From: Candidatus Jordarchaeia archaeon
GTDB taxonomy: Archaea > Asgardarchaeota > Jordiarchaeia > Jordiarchaeales > Freyrarchaeaceae
NCBI GenBank assembly: GCA_018383835.1
Contig: JAHAWR010000004.1
Location: 1-33,294, forward strand
Length of the DNA stretch: 33,294 bases
Direction of reading: 5' to 3'
The number at the start of each line of letters is the position of its first letter. Position 1 is the stretch's first letter. Position numbers and translations under genes: made by a program. The notes under the pieces were generated by a model that was given only the letters and a program-made list of their open reading frames with translations, made no database searches and had not been told where the DNA came from. Below are positions 8,092 through 16,756 of the stretch, piece by piece.

Positions 8092-8626
8092 TATAACCCC
8101 CCCGGTTCCGGAAGTTACCAATATCGCCCACTCAATGGCGACCAACACATGCACTTTCGGCTTAACTCTTCCCCCCGGAACCACCTTTGGGTAACAGTAG
8201 CCTCGCTTAGTTGCTTAAAAACGTTTCCTTTTTAAATTGGAGTGCGTGAATCTGCTCCCGCCGAGGATAGGAAACTCAGGATCTCCGGGCTATTGGTAAA
8301 CATGCTACGTTGCAAGCCTCCATGGATTTTCACCTCCTCCCCTTTCACATCCATGACTGGAGTTCATTGGGGCTTCCTTAGGCGACGGGGCCCCTCGGGC
8401 AACCAATGCCGTAACGCCTCCACCGTTTTTCACATTCGCAGTTTTCACGTTTCAGGGAGCCGGTGGCCATTCAGCGCCAAAACTCCAACATGCCGGGCAC
8501 AGGCTTGAGGCGCCTTCAGGGTTTACGTAGATGTTGGTTAAGTTGAAAGTTTTATTAGACTGGTGGGAGAGAGATAGTGTGGGGGCTTGGTTGAAGGGGA
8601 ACACGTTCGATCGTTGAGGGTCTGCC

Positions 8627-9670
8627 GTGAGCGGCCATTGCAGAATGGTGAGGCAGGGTTATGAGCCCGGGGACTGCATGGTTGAGATGCCTGACGGATC
8701 CTTTAAGCCTGCGTGCAAGGGAACGCTTAGAAGGGAGGGTGATGTCTGGTGTAGGCTCATCAGGGCAGCCCACCTTTCAAGGCCCGAGGATTACTTTAGC
8801 ATCTACCAGAGCGGCTGCAACCACGGCTGCCTGAAATGCCACTCTTGGGATTTCTCTCGGAAGTATAGTGGGTTCTGGGCTTCGACCGACGAGCTTGCCG
8901 AGATGGCGGCGGAGTATGAGGGGGTTGTGACTGTTTGGGAGCCGAGGGAAAGGGCGACAATGTTTCACGCAACAGACCTCTGCCACCACTGTGGCATGTG
9001 CATCGTCTACGGTGTGAGGGGGAGGCTCTGTCCGAGGAAGCTTAGGAGGGAGCAGGTTATCCTGAGCCCCCAAGGCTATGGCCCGGCGAGGAACATAGTC
9101 TCCTTTACGGGCGGGGACGTCGTCTGCCAGGCAGGGTTCTACGCGGAGGCGGCCGAGAAGATCAAGAGGGAGTGTTCTAACATGTGGGTTCTCATTGAGA
9201 CAAATGGCTACGGGCTCACCCCGGAGAACCTTGACGTGCTGGCTTCGGGTGGTGTTGACTCCTTCTGGCTTGACATCAAGGCTTACGACGAGGACGTTTA
9301 TAGGCGCCTCTGCGGCACCACAAACAAGTGGATACTCAAGGCGCCAGAGCTAATAGTTGACATGGGCTTCGTCCTCGAAGTTTTAACACTCTACATTCCG
9401 GGCTGGGTCGAGAGAGAGCAGATAGTCAGGGTAGCCGAGCTTCTACACGACGTCGACCCGGAGATACCATTCACCATTCTGGCGTTTTTCCCAGCCTACA
9501 AGCTCACTAACGTTAGAAGCCCAAACCTAATGGAGATGGTCAGCACCTATCTCGCAGTTAAAGATGCCGGGCTGAGGAATGTCAAGCTCGGAAACTGCCA
9601 CGTCTTCGCCAAAAGTCAGAGGGACTGGGACACATTAATAGCAATAGTTGGCCAGGAGACTATAAGTTGA
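8627..9670 (+). CDS. Radical SAM enzyme (PflA/activase-like, COG1180-type) with an extra CxxCxxC motif
   Basis: CNHGCLKC is the CxxxCxxC radical SAM cluster motif. A second motif, CHHCGMC, lies about 55 aa downstream, and there is a TIM-barrel-like GGD/ETNG pattern (SFTGGD..., LIETNGYG). The start could be the ATG at 8645 rather than the GTG at 8627. Confidence 0.75.
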   Translation: MSGHCRMVRQGYEPGDCMVEMPDGSFKPACKGTLRREGDVWCRLIRAAHLSRPEDYFSIYQSGCNHGCLKCHSWDFSRKYSGFWASTDELAEMAAEYEGVVTVWEPRERATMFHATDLCHHCGMCIVYGVRGRLCPRKLRREQVILSPQGYGPARNIVSFTGGDVVCQAGFYAEAAEKIKRECSNMWVLIETNGYGLTPENLDVLASGGVDSFWLDIKAYDEDVYRRLCGTTNKWILKAPELIVDMGFVLEVLTLYIPGWVEREQIVRVAELLHDVDPEIPFTILAFFPAYKLTNVRSPNLMEMVSTYLAVKDAGLRNVKLGNCHVFAKSQRDWDTLIAIVGQETIS

Positions 9671-9834
9671 TGATCCTTCCCGAAGACGAGAAAGGCTTGT
9701 CGACTTCCATCACGGCAAGCACATCCAAGCAGGTGAAGAGGTTGCTTCCCCTTGCATGGAACCCGAAGACGTTTCTTTTTTGCCTTCCCAAGAGGCTCCT
9801 TGAAATCCCAGCACACCCCTCTCAACTTTTCCAT
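9616..9834 (-). CDS. Possible small Cys-containing protein (weak)
   Basis: 72-aa ORF with AGGTGAT about 9 nt upstream of the ATG at 9834. The N-terminal 50 or so aa are basic with 4 Cys. The 3' part overlaps the end of the radical SAM gene. I recognise no family. Confidence 0.2.
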   Translation of the reverse strand: MEKLRGVCWDFKEPLGKAKKKRLRVPCKGKQPLHLLGCACRDGSRQAFLVFGKDHQLIVSWPTIAINVSQSL

Positions 9835-9996
9835 CCCACTTAATCACCTCTCACTAAGCTAAGCTTCTCGTTCAAACGGTTAAAAATACCCTTCCTAATA
9901 CCAGTTCCGTCGAGCAGTTCAAAGCTTTGATGCGCCACTTAAAGGGGGGGAGCTAAGGAAAAGTGGTTGGGACGTTTCAGACTTTCGTTTGAGCCT

Positions 9997-10986
9997 TTAA
10001 AGGGTGAAGGTCGTCCCCACCACTGAGACCACCGTTATTTCCGGCATGTCGTGCAGTAGGCGAGAGGTGAACTTTACACCACTGCAGTGGAGGGGAGATA
10101 TTATATCTGGGCTCACATCCTTCAGCGTTTTTATTACTTTGGCGATGCGGTTCTGGGAGGCGTTGCCCATGTGCAGCCCGCCTATGACCGCGTAAACCTT
10201 GCTCCCCGAGAGGCGTTGTGCATCCCAGGTAGTATTTGCCACCCCCCTGTGGCAGCATCCTGTAAGGACAATTACTCCTTTACCTTCAACTTTAATGTAC
10301 ACCGACTTCTCATCCCTGAAAGCGTCAAACAGCATCTTATTTCCCCTCTCAACGTAGAGCCCAGAAGACAACTCGTCCGGGTAGCGCACGGGTATCTCTC
10401 CACTCGCCCACACCCCGGATGCAAGGTTTACAGGGCCGGATGACTCCACGATCTCTAACCTCTTTACCTGGGCGACCCGTTCAACCTGCTCCCTGCTCAA
10501 GGACGGTAGCCTCGCAGCCCTACCATTTCTCACCAGCTTCTCCATTTCTTCCCTACTGACGCTGAGGTTTTTTCCGGATAGCTCTCCTCTGAGGGCGTAC
10601 TTCACACCGAAGACCTCTGGGTGGAGGATTACCTTGGAGCCGGGGCTCAGCTTCTCCATGACCTTGATTAGGGAGCCGAAGTGGTCGTAGTGTCCATGGG
10701 AGGTGACGACTGCCTCTATCGACGACGGGTTGATGTTGAGCTCCCTCATATTGTTGAGCACGGTCGCCTTCGGGCCGCAGGTGTCTAGAAGTATAGTGTG
10801 TTCCCCATCCTCCGCCTTGACCTGCATCAGCAGGGATAAGCCGTGCTCTCCGAGGCAGCCTGCAGCCCCAGCATGGGAAACGCGGCCCACGAATTTTTCG
10901 TCAACTGCAAGTATCGGGTTAACGGTGTTGTCCGCCAGAACGGTGATCCTAGCATCTTTCACTCCAAGGCCAAAGTCGACTTTCAT
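9997..10986 (-). CDS. MBL-fold metallo-hydrolase (COG1237-like)
   Basis: The HxHxDH motif is present (SHGHYDHFG), and the N-terminal ARITVLADNTV is typical of this subgroup. I place the start at the ATG at 10984-10986 (MKVDFGLG...), which has GGAGGAGG 4-5 nt upstream, rather than at the track start 11073. Confidence 0.8.
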   Translation of the reverse strand: MKVDFGLGVKDARITVLADNTVNPILAVDEKFVGRVSHAGAAGCLGEHGLSLLMQVKAEDGEHTILLDTCGPKATVLNNMRELNINPSSIEAVVTSHGHYDHFGSLIKVMEKLSPGSKVILHPEVFGVKYALRGELSGKNLSVSREEMEKLVRNGRAARLPSLSREQVERVAQVKRLEIVESSGPVNLASGVWASGEIPVRYPDELSSGLYVERGNKMLFDAFRDEKSVYIKVEGKGVIVLTGCCHRGVANTTWDAQRLSGSKVYAVIGGLHMGNASQNRIAKVIKTLKDVSPDIISPLHCSGVKFTSRLLHDMPEITVVSVVGTTFTL

Positions 10987-11314
10987 TATTCCTCCTCCAG
11001 TAAGGAGACCCTGTGTGCTGCGCAGTATTAGTTTTCGTCCACGAACACCCTTCACCAAAAGAGTACTGGGCACGTCTACAACCCGCTGACGAGGAAAGTA
11101 ATATCACCTCAAGGAGCAGTGCAGGTGAAGCCAGTGCCTCCAAAAATTCGTAAAAATCTTTGAAATACGGTGAGCATTGTTGATCCCATCAGCGGCCTTA
11201 TCCAAATTAGGCCTGACTTTCACCAAGAACCGGGTGACGCTGGAGTGGCGTTCAGGCGTGCAGAGGCGAGGCGGCTTAAAGAAAAAAAGAGGGTTTCAAG
11301 ATGAAAATGGGGGG

Positions 11315-13873
11315 TTAAGCTGGCGTTTTAGGTTTTCTTCTCGCCGATGCTACTGTGATGGCTGCAAGCACGACAGCCGCGGCTGCTCCCACCGTAAGTG
11401 ATGAGGAAGTAGTCTGGTTCACAACTGCCAGCGCCACCATGTTTAGTGCTGCAAGTGTTTGGACGGTTGCAAGCAGCTCCTCGACTACCCTCCTGTTAAT
11501 CATCTCGATTGTTTCGTTGAGAGTGTAAACCGGTATGTTGCTGATGGACTCGCGGTGTGCCAATATTTCGTCCATGTAGAAGTAGTCTGGGTGGAGGGTG
11601 TCTTTGCTGTAGTAGTTGAGGAGTTGATCCGCGTAGTGGGGTGAGTCCGGCTTGTTGCTCACGCCATACGGGAGGACGCTCAACGATGAGACGTTGTTGG
11701 GCTGGAGGTGGACGACCATTATGAAGGATGAGCCGCCAGTGCACCGCCACTCGCCTGTCTTCTCGTTGAAGGTGTACCAGCGCGGGTTAAGGCAGCCGAA
11801 CGGCTCCCCGTCTGTCCCGCTCAGCCCAACCCTATGTTGCCCCCTGACCACGTAGTGCACGTTAGCCCAGTAGACGCTCACGTTCCCGTAAACTTGGAGC
11901 ATGTAGTTGACCGTCTCGTTCAGCGTCTCAACAGCTTGTTCCTGCGTGAGGTTTCCAATGTAGTTTTCAAAGTCCCATATGGTTGCGTCCTTACCGTAAG
12001 TCTCCCTGCACTTGTCCATGAGCTTCTGCGCCCAGAGCTGGAATATTGTCGCGGCGGTCTGGTTCGTCATCCTCATGTCCCACGCCTTCAGCGCACCTAT
12101 GGCTTCATTCAGCTCCTGGCTTCCTCCCGGAACGCTATCTGGCAGCTTGCCTATGCAGTCTCCCGCAAGGTGAGAGACTGAGACGTCGACAGCCATGCTG
12201 AGCATATCATCTATGGTAACATTATCGTTTGAGAGGAGCATGTTGTACAACATGTAGCCCCTCGTGTACCTGCTCATACCCCTGTAGCCGTCCCACCCCA
12301 CCAGATACTTGGGGAAGGGGCCCTGCTCTGTGATGTTGTTGGGTTGGGTTGTTATGTTCCATGCCGGTATGTTGCAGTTCTGCATCCACCCGCTTTCGGG
12401 GTTCTCCTGCTGTGGTAGCTCGCTGAAGGGGATCACGGGCCCCCAGTCTGTTTCGGGAATCCATCCGGGGACCGCTGCAGACCAGTTGAATGTGTCGTTT
12501 CTCCGCGGACACACGCCATTCCACACGTAGAATATGTTTCCGTGGACGTCGGCGTACATGACGTTGAATATGGCTGTTCCAAGCAGCGACCACGCCTCCT
12601 TAAACTGGGTAAGGTTTTGGGCGGTATTCACACGGTACCACTGCTCGAAGCCCACCACACTCTTGCTTGTGCTGTAGTTTACTGCCAGCGCCCAGTGGTC
12701 TGTCTCGTTTATTGTGAGTAGGACGCCGTGGTGAGTGTAGCTTACGGGCAACTTATAGTATATGACGCCAATCCCGCTGATCTTCACCGGCACCGTTATG
12801 GTCTTCTTCTCTATCGGGTGCCAAGTCCCATTGTAAAGGTACATTGTGTTGTCCTCATTGAGGCGCTCTATCCACACGTCGCCCACGTCAACTTGGTTTA
12901 CCGTTTCGCTCCATGCAATATACTCGTTGTGGCCCATCCCTATGAATGGTAGCCCGAAGAATATGGCGCCCATCACGTTCAACTCCGGCAAGCCGTCGTG
13001 GGCTGGAGCCATGATGTGTGCTTCATACCACTGGAGAACCCCATCCCATGGAAGGTGCGGATCCATTCCGTACATTGGGTATCCAGTGGCTGAGCGGCTT
13101 CCGTTAACCGCCCACTGATTGCTGCCGAGTGTCCCACCGTAAAGAGTGGGAGACGCCCCTACAATAGTGGAGAACAAGCCTGCATCCGACTGGTATTGCT
13201 CAAGGTACTTTTCAACCCCCATGGACTTTATGGCTTTCTCGGCACTCATCCACTCTCTCAGCACGCCGCTGGAGAAGAGTAGGTTTATTAGTTTACCCAT
13301 GGAGCCGACGTGGATTGAAGTGACAGGGGCGTTTTCCTTTATCCATGATGGCAGACTACCCCAGTGAGTGTAGATGTAGTAGTTTATTCCTGCTGCGAAT
13401 GGTTCGATCATGACTCGCCTTATCGTGTCATTAATGGCTACGTAGTCTTCTTCGCTCGCCGGAACCCAGAGCATCCTGAGTAGTACATCGCTCTCCAAGT
13501 TGCTCAGCCCAGGGTACCACGTGTTGTTGTGCCCGGAGGGGCCGAAGGTCTTTGAAAGCGTCCCCGTGGCTGTGAGGTAGTTCAGCATTATGGTCTCGAT
13601 GGCGTCTTCCGCCTGAGCGTAGCCAAAGCCGAAGAAGACAGCTTGCTGGCTACTGCCGTTAATGTGGGGGATTCCGAACTCATCTCTTATAATTGTCACC
13701 ACATCGCCGTTAAAGCAGATCTTAACAGACTTAACAGCGCTAGAGGATCTGGAGTTTTCAGCGAGCCCAACGGTAAGCGAGGAAGAAGCGGTGCAGTTCA
13801 GAGTTGAAGCACTTAAGGCCAGAAGGAATACTGCTATGAGCAAGGCGGAGCAAACGATTTTTCTACTCCGCAT
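11315..13873 (-). CDS. Penicillin/AHL acylase family Ntn-hydrolase (peptidase S45), secreted and C-terminally membrane-anchored
   Basis: The N-terminal signal-like segment is MRSRKIVCSALLIAVFLLALSAS. RDEFGIPHI is the family N-terminal motif. GG TLG-SNQWAV is the autoprocessing site, with putative nucleophile Ser251 at codon 13121-13123. The C-terminus is hydrophobic (AAAAVVLAAITVA) followed by RRKPK. There are about 20 N-x-S/T sequons. Confidence 0.85.
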   Translation of the reverse strand: MRSRKIVCSALLIAVFLLALSASTLNCTASSSLTVGLAENSRSSSAVKSVKICFNGDVVTIIRDEFGIPHINGSSQQAVFFGFGYAQAEDAIETIMLNYLTATGTLSKTFGPSGHNNTWYPGLSNLESDVLLRMLWVPASEEDYVAINDTIRRVMIEPFAAGINYYIYTHWGSLPSWIKENAPVTSIHVGSMGKLINLLFSSGVLREWMSAEKAIKSMGVEKYLEQYQSDAGLFSTIVGASPTLYGGTLGSNQWAVNGSRSATGYPMYGMDPHLPWDGVLQWYEAHIMAPAHDGLPELNVMGAIFFGLPFIGMGHNEYIAWSETVNQVDVGDVWIERLNEDNTMYLYNGTWHPIEKKTITVPVKISGIGVIYYKLPVSYTHHGVLLTINETDHWALAVNYSTSKSVVGFEQWYRVNTAQNLTQFKEAWSLLGTAIFNVMYADVHGNIFYVWNGVCPRRNDTFNWSAAVPGWIPETDWGPVIPFSELPQQENPESGWMQNCNIPAWNITTQPNNITEQGPFPKYLVGWDGYRGMSRYTRGYMLYNMLLSNDNVTIDDMLSMAVDVSVSHLAGDCIGKLPDSVPGGSQELNEAIGALKAWDMRMTNQTAATIFQLWAQKLMDKCRETYGKDATIWDFENYIGNLTQEQAVETLNETVNYMLQVYGNVSVYWANVHYVVRGQHRVGLSGTDGEPFGCLNPRWYTFNEKTGEWRCTGGSSFIMVVHLQPNNVSSLSVLPYGVSNKPDSPHYADQLLNYYSKDTLHPDYFYMDEILAHRESISNIPVYTLNETIEMINRRVVEELLATVQTLAALNMVALAVVNQTTSSSLTVGAAAAVVLAAITVASARRKPKTPA

Positions 13874-14150
13874 GACTTCCTTCCACCCTCCCTCTTGTCT
13901 CTCTCCTCCAAAAGGGGAGGATTTAAGCCACGTTACTTAAAATCTTACTTAATAATTTTTCCCCTTTTCGCAGGCCTTCCACTTTATTTTTTACTCTTTC
14001 ATTTCTCTCGTTTCTTCCTCGCCTCCTCCATGTTCAGCCTTCGGAATCGTAAGTGCAACATGGAGGAAAGAGTCCAGAATTAATTCACTTTTATAATTTG
14101 ACTTCCTAGGATTTTAGCCCATCAATCTACATGGAAGCCGTGTCATGAAG

Positions 14151-14187
14151 AATAAATAAGAGAAAACGAAAAATAAATAAGAGAAAA
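14151..14187 (+). repeat. Two copies of the 16-mer AATAAATAAGAGAAAA spaced 21 bp start to start
   Basis: Exact copies lie at 14151-14166 and 14172-14187, 40-75 nt upstream of the membrane-protein start and 5' of a TTTTTAAA box at 14201-14208. Confidence 0.8.
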
Positions 14188-14226
14188 AATGGCAGAGATA
14201 TTTTTAAACGGAGAAGGGAAGGGAGG

Positions 14227-15681
14227 TTGAGTAGGTTGACCGAGAAGGCGAGTAAGAAGGCTAAAGGGGCGAAGGTGGCGGAGAGAGCGGGCGAAGGGGC
14301 TGAGGGTGTTAAGGAGATAAGGGGTGAAGTTGCGGCCGCGCCGAAGTTCAAGCAGCCGTGGGATGGGCTACTGTCATTTTTCACGGTTTTCATTTGGGCT
14401 TACCTTGTGTTGCAAGTCTTCATCCACCCAGTGTGGGGCGTCGCCACCAAGATGGTTAGGATGAACGCGTTCATAGCATCCATGCCCGGTATGGCGATGG
14501 GCAACGCTGAACTTGGTCTCCTCCTCTCACTTAGCAACGCTTTGAATATGGAACTGTACCCGCTGGGCTACATCGTGGACTGGGTTCCCTACTTTATATT
14601 TTGCATCGTGTGGTTTGTGACGATAACGGTCCTAGCGAGGCCCTTCACACCTTCACGCGCGAAGCAGCCTCAGACGGGGATCATGGTGACCGCTCTTTCA
14701 ATGATACTCGCCTTTGTAACATGGTACATTCTGGCGATGGTCCTCCACTGGAAGGGTTACGAGATGATTATACTCGCCACATGCTGCTTCTTAGTCTTCC
14801 CGATATGGGCTACGCTTTTCCACTACTGGCCGTTCGTCCCAAAGAAGCCCAACGTGCACCCGGCGGTTAGAGGAGCAGTGTATGCTTTTATATCATGGAT
14901 TCTGGCATTCATCATACGTGGAGTAGTCACTTTCCTGATTTGGTCTAACCCCGTAGCAACGGCATTTACTCAGTACCTCTACGGAGTACCGATGGTAACC
15001 CTGACCCCGACCGAGCCCTACGACTTCTACAACTCGCTACTGTTATGCATAATCGTCGGAGCAGTTGCCATGAGCGTGATCTCCCCGTTCCCAAGCATAC
15101 CGCAGCCCAAGCGTGGACTATTAAACTTAGGGTTAGCGATCCTAGCTGGGGTTGCAATGTGGGGCATACTCACAGCAGTCATAGGACAGTCCTCGCAGAC
15201 AGTCCTCCTCACAGCCGGCAGTGTCCCCTACCTTTTCACGTTCCCCTACGTGAACCATGGAGCCATCGCAGCCTACATGGCCTTCCCGCTGGTGACGCTA
15301 CTAGCGGGACAGTTAACCTTTGGAATGTGGCCTTGGTCAAGGTGGGGCATGAAGGGAAGCATAGCCCTCGTTGTCGTCTCGTTCGTGGTCGGGACAATAC
15401 TCTACTACATCTTCATGGTTAACCCAGGGATGGCAGTCATATTCACGGGAGCCAACCTCCTGCTGCCAGTAAGCGGGCTAGAAACCGTTTACATGTTCTA
15501 TCTCGGAATAGGGCTCATGCTTTCATCGACGGGCGCCATCTGGAACGCATTAGTCTACTGCCTATACTTTGAGGGCGTTGCAGAGTTCCTAGGACGCGCA
15601 GTAATGTTCGCCTGGATGCTGACAGTACTCATCTTCTTCATGCTGGCATACGAAGCATTCGAGCACTGGCCATGGAGATAG
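14227..15681 (+). CDS. Polytopic integral membrane protein of unknown function (about 12 hydrophobic segments)
   Basis: 484-aa ORF starting at the TTG at 14227, or at the TTG at 14236, which is better spaced from GGAGG at 14222-14226. The N-terminal 40 or so aa are Lys/Ala/Glu-rich and are followed by many hydrophobic helices. Oligo-T runs follow the stop. I recognise no transporter family motif. Confidence 0.7.
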   Translation: MSRLTEKASKKAKGAKVAERAGEGAEGVKEIRGEVAAAPKFKQPWDGLLSFFTVFIWAYLVLQVFIHPVWGVATKMVRMNAFIASMPGMAMGNAELGLLLSLSNALNMELYPLGYIVDWVPYFIFCIVWFVTITVLARPFTPSRAKQPQTGIMVTALSMILAFVTWYILAMVLHWKGYEMIILATCCFLVFPIWATLFHYWPFVPKKPNVHPAVRGAVYAFISWILAFIIRGVVTFLIWSNPVATAFTQYLYGVPMVTLTPTEPYDFYNSLLLCIIVGAVAMSVISPFPSIPQPKRGLLNLGLAILAGVAMWGILTAVIGQSSQTVLLTAGSVPYLFTFPYVNHGAIAAYMAFPLVTLLAGQLTFGMWPWSRWGMKGSIALVVVSFVVGTILYYIFMVNPGMAVIFTGANLLLPVSGLETVYMFYLGIGLMLSSTGAIWNALVYCLYFEGVAEFLGRAVMFAWMLTVLIFFMLAYEAFEHWPWR

Positions 15682-15695
15682 CCCCTAAGCCCCCA

Positions 15696-15716
15696 TTTTT
15701 TTCTCACCCATTTTTT
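15696..15716 (+). terminator. Oligo-T terminator signals
   Basis: T7 at 15696-15702 and T6 at 15711-15716 begin 15 nt after the stop codon of 14227..15681, as expected for an archaeal intrinsic terminator. Confidence 0.5.
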
Positions 15717-15997
15717 GCACACATTTTTGTCACATATTTCTTCCGTCATCAACGGTTTCACTAAGTTGTAAGTTGTAGTAAGCATCGATGAAGGGGCTGC
15801 ACAACCAAAGAGGGCTCATAGGAGCTACAACAAAAACCATTGATAATATTCGATATTTCGAGAGCGGGTTCACCCTGACAGGGGAAGGTTGACGATTCGG
15901 AGCCCTAAGAGCTGCGTGAGACCCTACCAAAGACTACGTAGCTCAAAACCAGGAAGTGGGGTAACACCTTCCCCTACTTAAACACTCCTGAGGATTT

Positions 15998-16017
15998 GTA
16001 ATAAAAAGTAATAAAAA
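15998..16017 (+). repeat. Tandem 10-mer GTAATAAAAA x2 (a TATA-like doublet on plus, an oligo-T doublet on minus)
   Basis: Exact tandem duplication seen at 15998-16007 and 16008-16017, inside a gap of about 580 bp that contains no gene. Confidence 0.8.
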
Positions 16018-16264
16018 CACACTGACGGTCAGTGGTGAATAGCCTTAGCCCCCCTTCCAAGTTACACGGGGTTGACCGAGAAACAGTAGAGCGTGGGTTA
16101 CGGGTGCTCGATGGAGCGGAGGTTTATCTAGAGGCTTTAACTGTTGCCCAGCTCAGCAGTACTGGGTGTTTGAATTCGCTTGGGTTCTCTTATCTCGCCT
16201 GCTGCGTGTATGCAGCCGCCAGCGTAGGGGCAGACGACTCCTCCGTCATCCGGCTCCCGGGTTT

Positions 16265-16756
16265 TCAGGCTATTTTTATTTCCGTTACGCTTCCTTTTTC
16301 CGTCAGCTTTGACCACTCAATCGTGACTTCTCTTCCAGAGTGCTTCTGTATTATAGCTGCTGCAACCATTGCCGCGGGGCAGGTTCCCTTGGGTTGCGTC
16401 ACAGTGTGGGCTCTTTTAGCCATGATGCAATCGTCAACCACGAAAAGGTAGGTGTCCTCGTCCTTCCTTTCAAAGTGTGCGAGAAGAAAGGACTTTTCCA
16501 GGAGCTGGAGAAACTCCGACAGAGCCTCATCAAGGTTTCCTCCTTTTATGGGCTCTATCCCCAGCTTCTTAACATTCATCATGCTTTCCTGCACCATAGG
16601 GAATACGTAGTCTCTGAGCCCCTCACGCCCAACGAGCTCTGTTATTTTTTCTTGGAGGGAGAATAGCGCAGCGTGATATAGTCCCCCTATTATTGCTCCG
16701 AACTCTCGCGGCATCATGAGGTTAAACATCCTCTTCTTTAAGTTCGTCTCAACCAC
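16265..16756 (-). CDS. V4R-domain-like small-molecule-binding protein (COG1719-like)
   Basis: The product is 163 aa. The layout is a helical N-half, then YLFVVDDCIMAKRAHTVTQPKGTCPAAMVAAAIIQKHSGREVTIEW...TEIKI. This resembles the V4R pattern (hydrophobic strand, Cxxa, then pvCxxxxGxxxG). Its ATG overlaps the upstream gene by 8 nt. Confidence 0.5.
   Translation of the reverse strand: MVETNLKKRMFNLMMPREFGAIIGGLYHAALFSLQEKITELVGREGLRDYVFPMVQESMMNVKKLGIEPIKGGNLDEALSEFLQLLEKSFLLAHFERKDEDTYLFVVDDCIMAKRAHTVTQPKGTCPAAMVAAAIIQKHSGREVTIEWSKLTEKGSVTEIKIA

Noticed and set aside
8232-8354. 40-aa minus-strand ORF (MDVKGEEVKIHGGLQRSMFTNSPEILSFLSSAGADSRTPI) in the MTase/radical SAM spacer, considered as a RiPP-like precursor peptide
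   Set aside because: It has no SD or TATA in a sensible position, no Cys/Ser/Thr-rich core or leader-like motif, and lies on the opposite strand to the radical SAM gene. An ORF of this size could easily occur by chance in a spacer of about 440-540 bp.
8242-8773. ORFs 8242..8508 (+) and 8555..8773 (-) in and around the same spacer
   Set aside because: Their composition is Arg/Pro/Ser-rich with no motifs, and the second overlaps the radical SAM 5' end antisense.
9668-9673. TGATGA after the radical SAM gene as a C box
   Set aside because: It is just the stop codon plus the next bases, and there is no downstream CTGA D box within 60 nt.
11459-13367. Numerous 60-125-aa ORFs on both strands inside the acylase gene (e.g. 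12222..12593, 11834..12181)
   Set aside because: All are nested in or antisense to an 852-aa ORF with strong family motifs, so they are typical shadow ORFs.
16032-16451. 139-aa plus-strand ORF
   Set aside because: Its 3' half is antisense to the well-supported V4R-like gene. Its 5' half lies in the GC-rich gap that I consider more likely non-coding RNA or UTR. The product has no motif.
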